The position numbers and the translations under genes were made by a program. From Deltaproteobacteria bacterium (lineage in GTDB: Bacteria; Bdellovibrionota; FAC87; UBA2466): a stretch of DNA of 64,000 nucleotides. The first letter of the stretch is position 1, and each line of letters opens with the position of its first letter. The stretch spans positions 70-64,069 of the forward strand of contig JACPWY010000055.1 of assembly GCA_016196825.1 (NCBI GenBank), in the 5' to 3' direction. This document shows, one piece after another, positions 1 through 8,633 of the stretch. The notes beneath the pieces were generated by a model. It made no database searches. It saw only the letters and a list, made by a program, of their open reading frames with translations, and was not told where the DNA came from.

Positions 1-434
1 GAGAGCGTGACCTCCGAGTGGGTGCTGCAGATGGGGCGCGTGATTTCGCGTCTCTTCCCCGGAAAACGCTTCTTAAGCTCACATTCAAGGCCCCGTTTGG
101 TTTGCGTGGAGGCCAACTCTAGGAGTTCCTCTTCATTACAACTATTGATAACTTTAAGGAGCAGTGTGGCATGCGATACCGACAAGGAACCTTGATCAAT
201 GAGTTCAAGCATCTTGGGACATTCCCTGCTCTTTCTGGCAATGCCTACGAGTGAATAGGCCTGAAAATCACTCAGCCCTAGCGGGCCCACACAATAGGAC
301 CGCATCGAGGCAAAACCCAAGGCAACAAATCCTCGAGTCCTATCCATCTCATTCAACAGATCGATGAGGTGTCTCTCACAGCGTTTGAATTCTTTTGCGA
401 CGCCAAGGTTCTTCTCATGCAGAAAGAGAATCAT
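1..434 (-). CDS. HNH endonuclease / DUF222 (13E12-repeat) family protein, N-terminal part, truncated by window edge
   Basis: Hand translation of the minus strand from ATG (rc of 432-434) to position 3 is stop-free: MILFLHEKNLGVAKEFKRCERHLIDLLNEMDRTRGFVALGFASMRSYCVGPLGLSDFQAYSLVGIARKSRECPKMLELIDQGSLSVSHATLL... This aligns with the N-terminal half of the HNH protein at 62726-63646 (shared pattern LxxxDxxRxxxxxGYxSxxxYCxxxLGxSxxxAyxxxxxARxS...LSxT). It is not in the ORF track because it runs off the edge. Confidence 0.6.
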   Translation of the reverse strand, partial: MILFLHEKNLGVAKEFKRCERHLIDLLNEMDRTRGFVALGFASMRSYCVGPLGLSDFQAYSLVGIARKSRECPKMLELIDQGSLSVSHATLLLKVINSCNEEELLELASTQTKRGLECELKKRFPGKRREITRPICSTHSEVTL

Positions 435-461
435 AGGAGAAATCATCATGAAGCACCTAAA

Positions 462-528
462 TATCGACGATAGATCTCACAAATATAGACGATATGTCAA
501 CGTGAAACAAGCTGATCTATCGTCGATA
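462..528. repeat. 15-bp perfect inverted repeat (tatcgacgatagatc / gatctatcgtcgata) with a 37-bp spacer in an AT-rich leader
   Basis: Direct reading: 462-476 tatcgacgatagatc and 514-528 gatctatcgtcgata are exact reverse complements. It lies 28 bp upstream of the partial HNH-family gene start (434, minus strand). The spacer carries related half-sites (tagacgatat). Confidence 0.7.
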
Positions 529-736
529 ACGAGAGAATGACAGGAAAGAAATATCAGTTTCATTGCCCGGGCAATAACTTGCGTCTAGGCGACAGCGACC
601 GCCGACTGCGGGAGATGTTCTTTTCTTTAAGAGATTTACGCATGGAGCGCTTCGGTTTTTGGCGGCTCACTGAGCCTTATTTCGCTACTTCTGGACTCCT
701 GACTACACGAAACCGATCCGTAGCTGCGGCAAGGCG

Positions 737-916
737 ATGCAATGGTTTGCAGCCCCAGCGCTCCTGGCCGTGGGGGCCACAGGGTATGTGCTCAATACTC
801 CAACCCAGAATCGCGAACTCCGATACGCTAAGGCTGCTTCGGATGTGTCTCTGGCCGAGGCGGAATTGAACGAGTGTGTCCGGGAGCTCAAAGCCAAACT
901 CGAAGTGGCGCGCTAA
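737..916 (+). CDS. possible small membrane protein (59 aa; one hydrophobic helix plus charged C-terminal helix)
   Basis: ATG at 737 to TAA at 914-916 gives MQWFAAPALLAVGATGYVLNTPTQNRELRYAKAASDVSLAEAELNECVRELKAKLEVAR. It is below the 60-aa track cutoff. Codon bias is not decisive. Confidence 0.2.
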   Translation: MQWFAAPALLAVGATGYVLNTPTQNRELRYAKAASDVSLAEAELNECVRELKAKLEVAR

Positions 917-1225
917 CGACGGGCGAACAAGGCTAAACAAAAGACCTCGTGGCGCGAGAGATTCGCACAGGGCGTGCTCAGATGCGCTGGCCCCTCAGAT
1001 TGGAGATTCGGGCGAGGCCATCACAATCGCGGTCTCGGGTCAGAAATATCCCTCGCACATCAATACAAGCTTGCGACCAGACCCTTCCGCAGTCCAGATT
1101 TCCATTGCCGATCCACAAATCGAACCTGAAGAGACGCATCCCGCGCACCAAATCGATGGCCCCCGTCTTGCTCTATTTCCCCCACGTTCGGCTCAACATT
1201 GACAATATAGGTGTATTATACCAAT

Positions 1226-1507
1226 ATGCTCGTGCGACGTGAGAAGTTTGTCTTTCAAGGAAGTTACATCGTCGAAATCTCTGTACACGAAGTTGCGAGA
1301 GACGATCGATATCAAGACGGTCTCAAGTGGGGATTGGTTTGCGTTGATCAGAAAACAGGAAAACGGATTCTGATGGATAATCACCATCCCAAGGGACCGC
1401 ACGTGCACGTCAATGAATTTGAGGAGAATTACGAATTCCTGGGGCTAAACGAGCTTGTAGCCGATTTCAGGCGATTGATTGTCGAACATCTGGGAGTAGA
1501 AATATGA
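1226..1507 (+). CDS. small conserved-motif protein (HHPKGPHVHV motif), first gene of a coupled two-gene cassette; possible toxin-like partner
   Basis: ORF 1211-1507 (GTG) with internal ATG at 1226 gives MLVRREKFVFQGSYIVEISVHEVARDDRYQDGLKWGLVCVDQKTGKRILMDNHHPKGPHVHV... The stop TGA (1505-1507) overlaps the ATG (1504-1506) of the next gene. TTGACA sits at 1199-1204 just upstream. Confidence 0.45.
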   Translation: MLVRREKFVFQGSYIVEISVHEVARDDRYQDGLKWGLVCVDQKTGKRILMDNHHPKGPHVHVNEFEENYEFLGLNELVADFRRLIVEHLGVEI

Positions 1508-1872
1508 AACGTCTCATAGTTTCGTGTAAAACAGCTGACCAGGTCTTTGCCGACTTCAAATGCACTGCAAAGAAAGTGCAGCGGGGCACGTTTCGTGGGG
1601 AGCCCGAGTATGAGGTGAGTTTTGATTCGAAGGCCAACTTCAATCAATTCGTGCGAAATATTCCCGTTCTCTCCGCCATCCTGGTTTTCAAGCCACGATC
1701 GATCTATGAGCTCGCAAAGGTGACAGGCGCCGACGTTTCTAATCTCAACAAGGTGATTAAGTTTTTCGAGGATATTGGGGTGGTTCAAATCAAAACGACC
1801 AAGGTCTCCGGACGACAGGTAAGACGACCCAGCGTTGAGTTCGAGGAAGTGACCTTTCGTCTAGCCGCCTGA
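1504..1872 (+). CDS. HTH DNA-binding protein (putative partner/antitoxin-like regulator of upstream small gene)
   Basis: 122 aa. The segment SIYELAKVTGADVSNLNKVIKFFEDIGVV has helix-turn-helix character. It is translationally coupled (ATGA) to the upstream ORF. Confidence 0.45.
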   Translation: MKRLIVSCKTADQVFADFKCTAKKVQRGTFRGEPEYEVSFDSKANFNQFVRNIPVLSAILVFKPRSIYELAKVTGADVSNLNKVIKFFEDIGVVQIKTTKVSGRQVRRPSVEFEEVTFRLAA

Positions 1873-2076
1873 CCACTGCCCCTGACAAAATCCGTCACCG
1901 TATTCAGGCGAGTTACAGACGATATTTCACACTCTCCCGAAAACCCCTCACTCGTCCGCACGAAAATCCCGCACGGGCCGTGGCACCTCTCTTGCTCTTA
2001 TTAATATTCAGGTTTGGGCCTGTGGCTGCCAGTTTGGCGACCGCCCCCCAAGACCAGTTGTATACAGGTGTGGTGG

Positions 2077-3405
2077 ATGTTGCGGTTGTTGTGGAAGCTG
2101 GTGGTCCTGTTGACGATAATCCCGAGTATAGGGATCCAAGCGAATCCTCCCATCGCCAAGAAAACTTCTCTCCTCGGCCAGCTGACGCCGATGAAGCGTG
2201 CGGCTAAGCTCAACTATCCCGAATTCCCCAAGGAACTCAAGGCTCGCATCGAGGGCAAAACGCCCGCGAGCCACCCAGCTGTTGCCACCTCGACGACGAA
2301 GGATTGGGGCTTGAGCCACATCGGTTTTTTCCAGATCTTCAATACATTTCTATTGCCTGTGAAACCCGCGACAGTCCCCTGCTCTGCTGCCGTCGTAGTC
2401 GCTGTGGTTGACACAGGAATTGATTACACACACGCCGAGCTCAGGGACAGCGTTTGGATCAATAAGGGCGAAACCGGATCGTGGTCCCCTCCGCCCGGAA
2501 TGGAAAGATATATCAGCTGCCGCGACAAAAGCTGCAATGGCATCGATGACGATGGTGATGGTTTCGTGGATGATGTCGCTGGCTGGGATTTCGTGAATGA
2601 CGTGCCATTGGCCTACGATACTCACGGCCATGGCTCCCACATCGCGGGGATCATCGCGAGCACCGGCGCCGATGGCATCGGAAGTCCGGGCGTCTGCCCC
2701 GGCGTCTCGATCATGCCGCTCAAGTATTACGACGCCTCAGGCGTCGGCTATAACAATCTTCAAAACACAGTCCGCGCTTTCCACTACGCCATTCAGATGG
2801 GTGCGCAGATCATCAACTACAGTGGCGGCGGCACCGATCCTGCTCCCGCTGAGCGCCTCGCGCTGGAAGATGCCAAGAACCACGGCATCCTCGTCGTCGC
2901 AGCCGCCGGCAACGAAGGGCAAAACAATGACATCGCCCCCTATTTTCCCGCTAGCTACGGCCTTGAGAACATCATCAGCGTGGCCTCTATCAACCCCGAG
3001 AACCAGCTGCTCCCATCGAGCAACTGGGGCCCGGGCCGCGTCCACATCGCAGCCCCCGGCCAAGGAATCGTGAGCACGCTTCCCGGCGGCCAGCTTGGCG
3101 CCATGACCGGCACCTCCCAAGCCACCGCCTTTGTCACCGGCACCGCAGCCCTGCTTCTGAGCCAGCTCTCTAACCCCAAGGATTTTGACTACCACCAATT
3201 GAAAAGGTGGATCACCGATGGCGCCAAGCCCCTCCCCGGCAACGCCAAGAGGCAGATTCTGATGAGCGGCGTTCTCAACGTTGGCGGCGCGCTTGAGGCC
3301 GAGCGCAAAGATGTCCAGCGCGACAAGACACCGGTGAAACTCCCGGCCGTCGCTCTCAACCCCGGAAAGCCCACCTCGGGGACGTCACTCTCCAAAACCC
3401 AGTGA
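2077..3405 (+). CDS. secreted subtilisin-like serine protease (peptidase S8)
   Basis: Catalytic triad motifs are present: VVDTGIDYTHAEL (Asp), HGHGSHIAGII (His), GTSQATAFVTG (Ser), NEG oxyanion region. A signal-peptide-like N-terminus (MLRLLWKLVVLLTIIPSIG) starts from the internal ATG at 2077; the track ORF starts at 2014. Confidence 0.85.
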   Translation: MLRLLWKLVVLLTIIPSIGIQANPPIAKKTSLLGQLTPMKRAAKLNYPEFPKELKARIEGKTPASHPAVATSTTKDWGLSHIGFFQIFNTFLLPVKPATVPCSAAVVVAVVDTGIDYTHAELRDSVWINKGETGSWSPPPGMERYISCRDKSCNGIDDDGDGFVDDVAGWDFVNDVPLAYDTHGHGSHIAGIIASTGADGIGSPGVCPGVSIMPLKYYDASGVGYNNLQNTVRAFHYAIQMGAQIINYSGGGTDPAPAERLALEDAKNHGILVVAAAGNEGQNNDIAPYFPASYGLENIISVASINPENQLLPSSNWGPGRVHIAAPGQGIVSTLPGGQLGAMTGTSQATAFVTGTAALLLSQLSNPKDFDYHQLKRWITDGAKPLPGNAKRQILMSGVLNVGGALEAERKDVQRDKTPVKLPAVALNPGKPTSGTSLSKTQ

Positions 3406-3671
3406 CACTCCAAGGGCTTGAAACCGCGAATGAAACAGGATGGGTACACCGCACTTCTTCACAATCCGAGCTGTCCTGAAATTTCACACCTCAAGCCCTC
3501 GACTCCACACCGGTTTTTCAATTGTGTTTTTCGGACCGAATAGCTGGCTTACAGAAATCACCCTTCACAATCTGTCTAAAGTCTCGTCGACACAATTGTC
3601 TTTCCCATCCCATTCCATGGGTTACACGCCATCTCCGGCCCCTGGCGTGCGACTTGAAGGAGATCAGGGGT

Positions 3672-4886
3672 ATGAACCAAGCCCCAATCAAGCTGGTGAT
3701 TACCTTTTGGACGCTTTTCACATTTCCCTCAGTGGCCCAAACGGCGGCCGAAAAAATGAGTGCGCTCGGTTACCCAGCCATTCCTGCCTCCATTCGAGGT
3801 GAGAAGAGCACCCGCAATCCGAACTCCATCGGACTCACAGCTCCAGCCCACAGCGGCGACTGGGCCCTAGCTGACATCGGCTTCTTCCGCGTCTTTAATC
3901 CTCTCTTTCAGGCGATCGACCCCAAAACCACCCCCTGCTCAAAATCGACCATTGTGGCCGTCGTCGACACGGGCATCGACTACACCCACGCCGATCTCGT
4001 CGACGCTCTCTGGGTGAACCAAGGCGAAGTGGGACAGTGGGCACCCCAGGCCGGTTGGGTTCCACCCGCCGGAATCGATGCGCTCTGCCGCGACCGAAGC
4101 TGCAACGGCATCGATGACGACGCCAACGGCTTTGCCGACGATGTGATTGGTTGGGATTTCGTCCACAACATCGCGGCCCCCTACGATATCATCGGCCACG
4201 GCTCCCACATCGCGGGCATCATCGCGGCAACGGGCCGAAGCCAAATGAGCGGCGTGTGCAGCGGCGCTTCGATCATGACCCTTAAGTATTATGATCCGAC
4301 CAATCCCGGCGCGAATAACCTGAGCAATCTCGTGAGGTCGATTCACTATGCCGCCGCCAATGGCGCCGACATCATTAACTTCAGCGGTGGCGGCGTAGAG
4401 CCAGCCGAATCGGAACTTAAAGCTGTGAGAGCGGCGCGCGAAATGGGAGTGCTCATCGTGACCGCCGCGGGCAACCAGGGCCGCAGCAATGATCTTTTCG
4501 GCTCGTACCCGGCCAACTACCCTGTCGACAACATTCTCTCCGTCGCAAGCGTCGACTCCGAAAACAAGGTTCTTCCCTCGAGTAATTATGGCCAGCGCGT
4601 CCACCTCGCGGCCCCCGGTTCTGAGATTCTGAGCACCCTCCCCCAGGGTGGACTCGGCCGCCTCACCGGCACGAGCCAAGCAACGGCCTACGTCACCGGT
4701 GCCGCTGCATTCCTCATGAGTCAGCTCGGCAAGCATACGAGCTATGACTACATTAAGATCAAGTCCTGGCTCACCCGCGGCGCCAAGTCGCTCCCCAGCC
4801 CCAAGGTCATTGCGCACGGTCTTCTCTCGCTCCCCGACTCTCTGAAGCTCCTCAGAGCCGAAGAAGCCCACGTCTCCAAAAACTAA
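3672..4886 (+). CDS. secreted subtilisin-like serine protease (peptidase S8), paralog of upstream gene
   Basis: The same S8 motifs are present: VVDTGIDYTHADL, HGHGSHIAGIIA, GTSQATAYVTGAAA. It is collinear with the first protease, including the CRDxSCNGIDDD insert. ATG 3672 gives signal peptide MNQAPIKLVITFWTLFTFPSVAQTAAEK. The track ORF begins at TTG 3522. Confidence 0.85.
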   Translation: MNQAPIKLVITFWTLFTFPSVAQTAAEKMSALGYPAIPASIRGEKSTRNPNSIGLTAPAHSGDWALADIGFFRVFNPLFQAIDPKTTPCSKSTIVAVVDTGIDYTHADLVDALWVNQGEVGQWAPQAGWVPPAGIDALCRDRSCNGIDDDANGFADDVIGWDFVHNIAAPYDIIGHGSHIAGIIAATGRSQMSGVCSGASIMTLKYYDPTNPGANNLSNLVRSIHYAAANGADIINFSGGGVEPAESELKAVRAAREMGVLIVTAAGNQGRSNDLFGSYPANYPVDNILSVASVDSENKVLPSSNYGQRVHLAAPGSEILSTLPQGGLGRLTGTSQATAYVTGAAAFLMSQLGKHTSYDYIKIKSWLTRGAKSLPSPKVIAHGLLSLPDSLKLLRAEEAHVSKN

Positions 4887-5008
4887 CCATAAATAATTCG
4901 CTAACGTGTTGAAATCCCGCGCGAAACATTCCCAGATTTCCCCTTGAATTCAATTTTTGACACATGGTATCAAATGCCCTTCGGTTCAATCGGTTACAGG
5001 GAGAAAAC

Positions 5009-8000
5009 ATGGTGAAGAGGCGCAGTGTTGGGGGCGTCCTGTCGTTGGCTTTTCTCGCAAAGCGGCTGCACCAAGCCCTTTGGATGAAGGCCCTCATCGC
5101 GGTCCTTTGCTTTCAATTCGCGTTGCCGGTGCATCTCATGGCGGCGCCCGAAGACGAAGCGCAGGAGGCCGGTGAAACATCAAGTCCCCACGAAGAGGCG
5201 ATCAAGGTCAGCTTAGACGATCTTCGCGCCCGTATCGAACGGGCGGGCAACACCTCGGCCCGTCTCGCGCTGACCGCCGTTCAGCGCAATGTTGGCCTCT
5301 TGCTCAATCAGGAGCTGATCGACACTCAAACCGGAAAAGTTTACGACCTGACCGTGGAAAACCTGGCACTCCCCCGAGCGAGCGTGCCAGCCGGTCTAGT
5401 CAACCGCGCCCTCACCGTCGAAAAGACCGATAACGGCGTCGTCCTCGGTCTCAAAGGCAATCGATACAAGCACCGAATCTCGCTCAACCCCGGCGTGGAG
5501 CTCGTGGATTTCGATTGGGACAGCGACGTTGTCGAGCTTCTCTTGAGCGACGGCTCACGTCACGTCATAGAGGTGTCGTCTCTAGGCCCCACATCCGAAA
5601 ACATGGCGCAGGGTCTCCTCTTTTCGGCGCCCATTCCGGTGTTTTATCTCGGCATAGCCCAATCGGTGAACGGGAAACCCGTGAACCGCATTCGCATTCT
5701 TCAAAGACGGGTCGATCCTGTCGATCGCTCGCGCGCGGCCCAGCTCGCCCGCCTCGATCGCAACCCCCGCACACGGGAGCAGGGCCTCCTCTCCGCCAAT
5801 CGCGATCTCGTGAACCGCGTGGCCGATAATCTCGAACTGCTTCGGCCCGTTCCCCTTGCCCCAGAACTGGAACAGATCCTGAAGACCCACTCCGACGATG
5901 GGCAGGCCTGGCTCTACGCCGGTGACACGGCTCTGATCCATGACGACGGAAACAGCGAAGAGATGGTCGGCTGCGACTCGCGTCTCACCGAAGTCGGCAT
6001 GATCGGGCTCCAGATGGGGCCACTTACGGGTCTGTGGCACATCGCCTCTCCGGAAAGCGCGAAGGCCTCGAAGGATCTCTTCGACCTGCGCAACAGCGCC
6101 AAGCTCGCAGTCTCCGAGATGGTCAGTGATCCAGAAGAGCTGGCGAGATTCTTCAGAGACGGAACTCAGAGTGCCCTCTCCCGCATTCCCGCGAGCGCAC
6201 TCAACGCCACGAATGATTACGCGATCCGAATCGCAGAGCGGGTGAAGAAGCTGAAAGAGCAGGGCACGCCTGACGCCCTCCGAGATGCTTTCACGGGAGA
6301 ACAGCAACTCGCCGACTACGAATCTTTCAAGAGGTATCACTCCGAGCTCACCGAGCGCACCCTTGCCCATGAGAAAAAGAGTCTCTGGAACCCTTCGCGC
6401 TATCCGTTCGCCCGCCGCATGGGCACACGAATGGCCGATTTCGGAAAGGGCATCGCCAGTTTTGATCTTCCGAGAAGAATGCGCCAGGTGACGACGGTCT
6501 TGAAAAAGCCGCTAGTGGCCGGCGCCATTGCTATCGCAAGCTCGGCGGCGGCGACCGATTACATGGCAAACCATGGACAGAACGTGGGGTTGGTCGTGGA
6601 TACGGTGACATCGGCCTGGAACCACGTCCAAGATTTCACAGTCCCCATCATGCGCGACATGAACTACGCCAAGGACGTCACCCTCTATTCATTTCCCAGC
6701 CGGACCGCCATGATGATGTCGGTTTTTCTGTTAGCGGCCGCGGCCTATCCGTTCACTCAGCACTCGATTAATAAGCTCATCACCCGATCGGGCCTGAAGT
6801 ATCTCTTCAGCGCGTCTATCATGCCCCCCCAGCGGTTTCTCGCGGGGCTCACCCTGCGCCCAGAGCTCGTCGATGCGATGAAGAAGGGTCATTTTCCGCG
6901 CGAGCTTCTCAATCCCATGGGCCGCCTCAGTAGCTCCTGGCCCGACCGATTGGCGCTGGCCTCGCGGAATATCAATGACCACAACCGGTATAAGAGCATC
7001 GCCTCCGCCATCGCGCTCACTGCCATCGCAGACCGCCAGGGAATCGACATGGCGGCGCTACTCTCCTCCCCCGAGTTGGCCACGCCATCGTCCAATCTTG
7101 CGCTAGGCCTCGGCGATCTCTTAGGCAATTCAAGCCAAGGCACGCTCTTCCGAGCTCTGAATGAAAGCCCCGAAGAGTTCTTCCATTCGCTGCTGAATGC
7201 ACGACAACTCGCGAGCAGCGTCCTCATCCCCTCCGGCGCCATAGACCGAGCGCCAGGAATGGCGATAATGCGTTCGATCGTGCTCCCGAACATTCTCTCC
7301 AGCGTCGGAAACTTTCAGGAGGCCCGTTATCAGGCTTTGCGCGACCCGCAACCGACTCAGGATTTTTCTGACTACGTCATGAGAGGTTATCTGGTCGACG
7401 GCCTCTTTTCGCTCATTCAATCCACGTATATCCGTGGCAGGTACGCCGATTTTGAAAATCCCGACGCCTTGGCTTATCAAGCCGATGGAGCCCTTTGGAC
7501 GAACAAAATGATCTGGATCAACGATTGGGAGCAGATCTTTCTCCACCTCGGAGCCTCGGCGGCGGTGGATTTCCTCTCTTCAGGCCTTGAGGCAAAGGCT
7601 GTGTTCAACTTCCTTCAACCGGCCTCGGGATACGACCTGGATCGCACCACGGGGACCCGCAGTGCCGCCCGTGACGGTTTGGAATATTTCAAGTTGCTCT
7701 TCGATCTTCGGGGTAACAACTACCTCGTGGGGTTTGGCGAGCGAAGCTGGAACCAGTGCGTGCGATTGCTGCAGGGATTTTTCCTCATTGGCATGGGACT
7801 TCGTCTTTTCGAAGGGATGCTGGGAGGCGAGCCGGTGTCGAGCCTCTTCTCCATGCAGTCATTCGAACACGCCACGGTGGGGCAGCTCTATTTCGTATTC
7901 GCTGCGCCTTTTGTCTATCGTTGGGTGTGGGCTGTGGTTATCACCTCGATGCGTGCCTTCGGCGCCCAGATTGGTAAAATGAGCGCCGGGTACCAGGACC

Positions 8001-8623
8001 ACTACACGCAACTCATGGCCTCCCTCAATAAGAAGGACATCGCCGGAGCGCGGAGGGAGGCCGATCACATGGTCTCGCTTTACGATCGGGAATTTCGATC
8101 CATCCCGCAAAATATTCGGGATTCTCTTAAGAGAACAGCGAATGACAATCCGCTCGAGTGGGCCAACAGAGTCCTTGAGGCCTGCCGCAATACACCGCCC
8201 GTGCCCGAGGGAAGCAATGAGAAGGTGAACAAAGCCATCATGTTCGTGGCCTCAGTTGCGACCACCTACCTCGCTGGGTTTCTCATGGTCGATAGCTTCG
8301 AAAACCGCCCCTTCCGTGGCTTCGACGTGCCCGAGGGGCAAATGGGCTTCGACACCTCTGACTGGTTCGCCTGGAACGGAATGTCGAGACGAGACTCGAT
8401 ACCGGCCCTAATGTTCAAGTCTCTTCTCAACATCATGGCCATCTGGGGCGCCGGCCATGCATTCAATGTCGCGCGCGACTGGTGGGCTGGGAAGGATACG
8501 AGCGAGGCGGTCAAAGGTCTACGATCGATGCCGCTCGTGAATTTCGGGAACCCTTCGCCGCCCCTCATGAAGCCAGTGAAAGACTCCAATTGTCCGGAGC
8601 AACTTCTGCGCAAAGCCTCTTAG
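5009..8623 (+). CDS. large hypothetical membrane/secreted protein (about 1,200 aa), no recognisable catalytic motif
   Basis: Long ORF 4964-8623. ATG 5009 is preceded by AGGGAG. The N-terminus is basic then hydrophobic (MVKRRSVGGVLSLAFLAKRLHQALWMKALIAVLCFQFALPVHLMAAPEDE). Several hydrophobic helices lie near the C-terminus. It is on the same strand as, and directly after, the two S8 proteases. Confidence 0.6.
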   Translation: MVKRRSVGGVLSLAFLAKRLHQALWMKALIAVLCFQFALPVHLMAAPEDEAQEAGETSSPHEEAIKVSLDDLRARIERAGNTSARLALTAVQRNVGLLLNQELIDTQTGKVYDLTVENLALPRASVPAGLVNRALTVEKTDNGVVLGLKGNRYKHRISLNPGVELVDFDWDSDVVELLLSDGSRHVIEVSSLGPTSENMAQGLLFSAPIPVFYLGIAQSVNGKPVNRIRILQRRVDPVDRSRAAQLARLDRNPRTREQGLLSANRDLVNRVADNLELLRPVPLAPELEQILKTHSDDGQAWLYAGDTALIHDDGNSEEMVGCDSRLTEVGMIGLQMGPLTGLWHIASPESAKASKDLFDLRNSAKLAVSEMVSDPEELARFFRDGTQSALSRIPASALNATNDYAIRIAERVKKLKEQGTPDALRDAFTGEQQLADYESFKRYHSELTERTLAHEKKSLWNPSRYPFARRMGTRMADFGKGIASFDLPRRMRQVTTVLKKPLVAGAIAIASSAAATDYMANHGQNVGLVVDTVTSAWNHVQDFTVPIMRDMNYAKDVTLYSFPSRTAMMMSVFLLAAAAYPFTQHSINKLITRSGLKYLFSASIMPPQRFLAGLTLRPELVDAMKKGHFPRELLNPMGRLSSSWPDRLALASRNINDHNRYKSIASAIALTAIADRQGIDMAALLSSPELATPSSNLALGLGDLLGNSSQGTLFRALNESPEEFFHSLLNARQLASSVLIPSGAIDRAPGMAIMRSIVLPNILSSVGNFQEARYQALRDPQPTQDFSDYVMRGYLVDGLFSLIQSTYIRGRYADFENPDALAYQADGALWTNKMIWINDWEQIFLHLGASAAVDFLSSGLEAKAVFNFLQPASGYDLDRTTGTRSAARDGLEYFKLLFDLRGNNYLVGFGERSWNQCVRLLQGFFLIGMGLRLFEGMLGGEPVSSLFSMQSFEHATVGQLYFVFAAPFVYRWVWAVVITSMRAFGAQIGKMSAGYQDHYTQLMASLNKKDIAGARREADHMVSLYDREFRSIPQNIRDSLKRTANDNPLEWANRVLEACRNTPPVPEGSNEKVNKAIMFVASVATTYLAGFLMVDSFENRPFRGFDVPEGQMGFDTSDWFAWNGMSRRDSIPALMFKSLLNIMAIWGAGHAFNVARDWWAGKDTSEAVKGLRSMPLVNFGNPSPPLMKPVKDSNCPEQLLRKAS

Positions 8624-8633
8624 GGAGGTCAGG

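Noticed and set aside
7-195. 62-aa plus-strand ORF at the window start.
   Set aside because: The opposite strand carries a stop-free ORF (434 down to 1) with clear similarity to the DUF222/HNH protein at the other end of the window.
3939-4871. 310-aa antisense ORF opposite the second S8 protease. Similar antisense ORFs are 5582-6370, 8712-9671, 10071-10790, 22852-23427, 43294-44358, 55513-56622 and 60063-61049.
   Set aside because: Each is antisense to a gene with unambiguous family motifs and has no motif of its own. They are GC-rich shadow ORFs.
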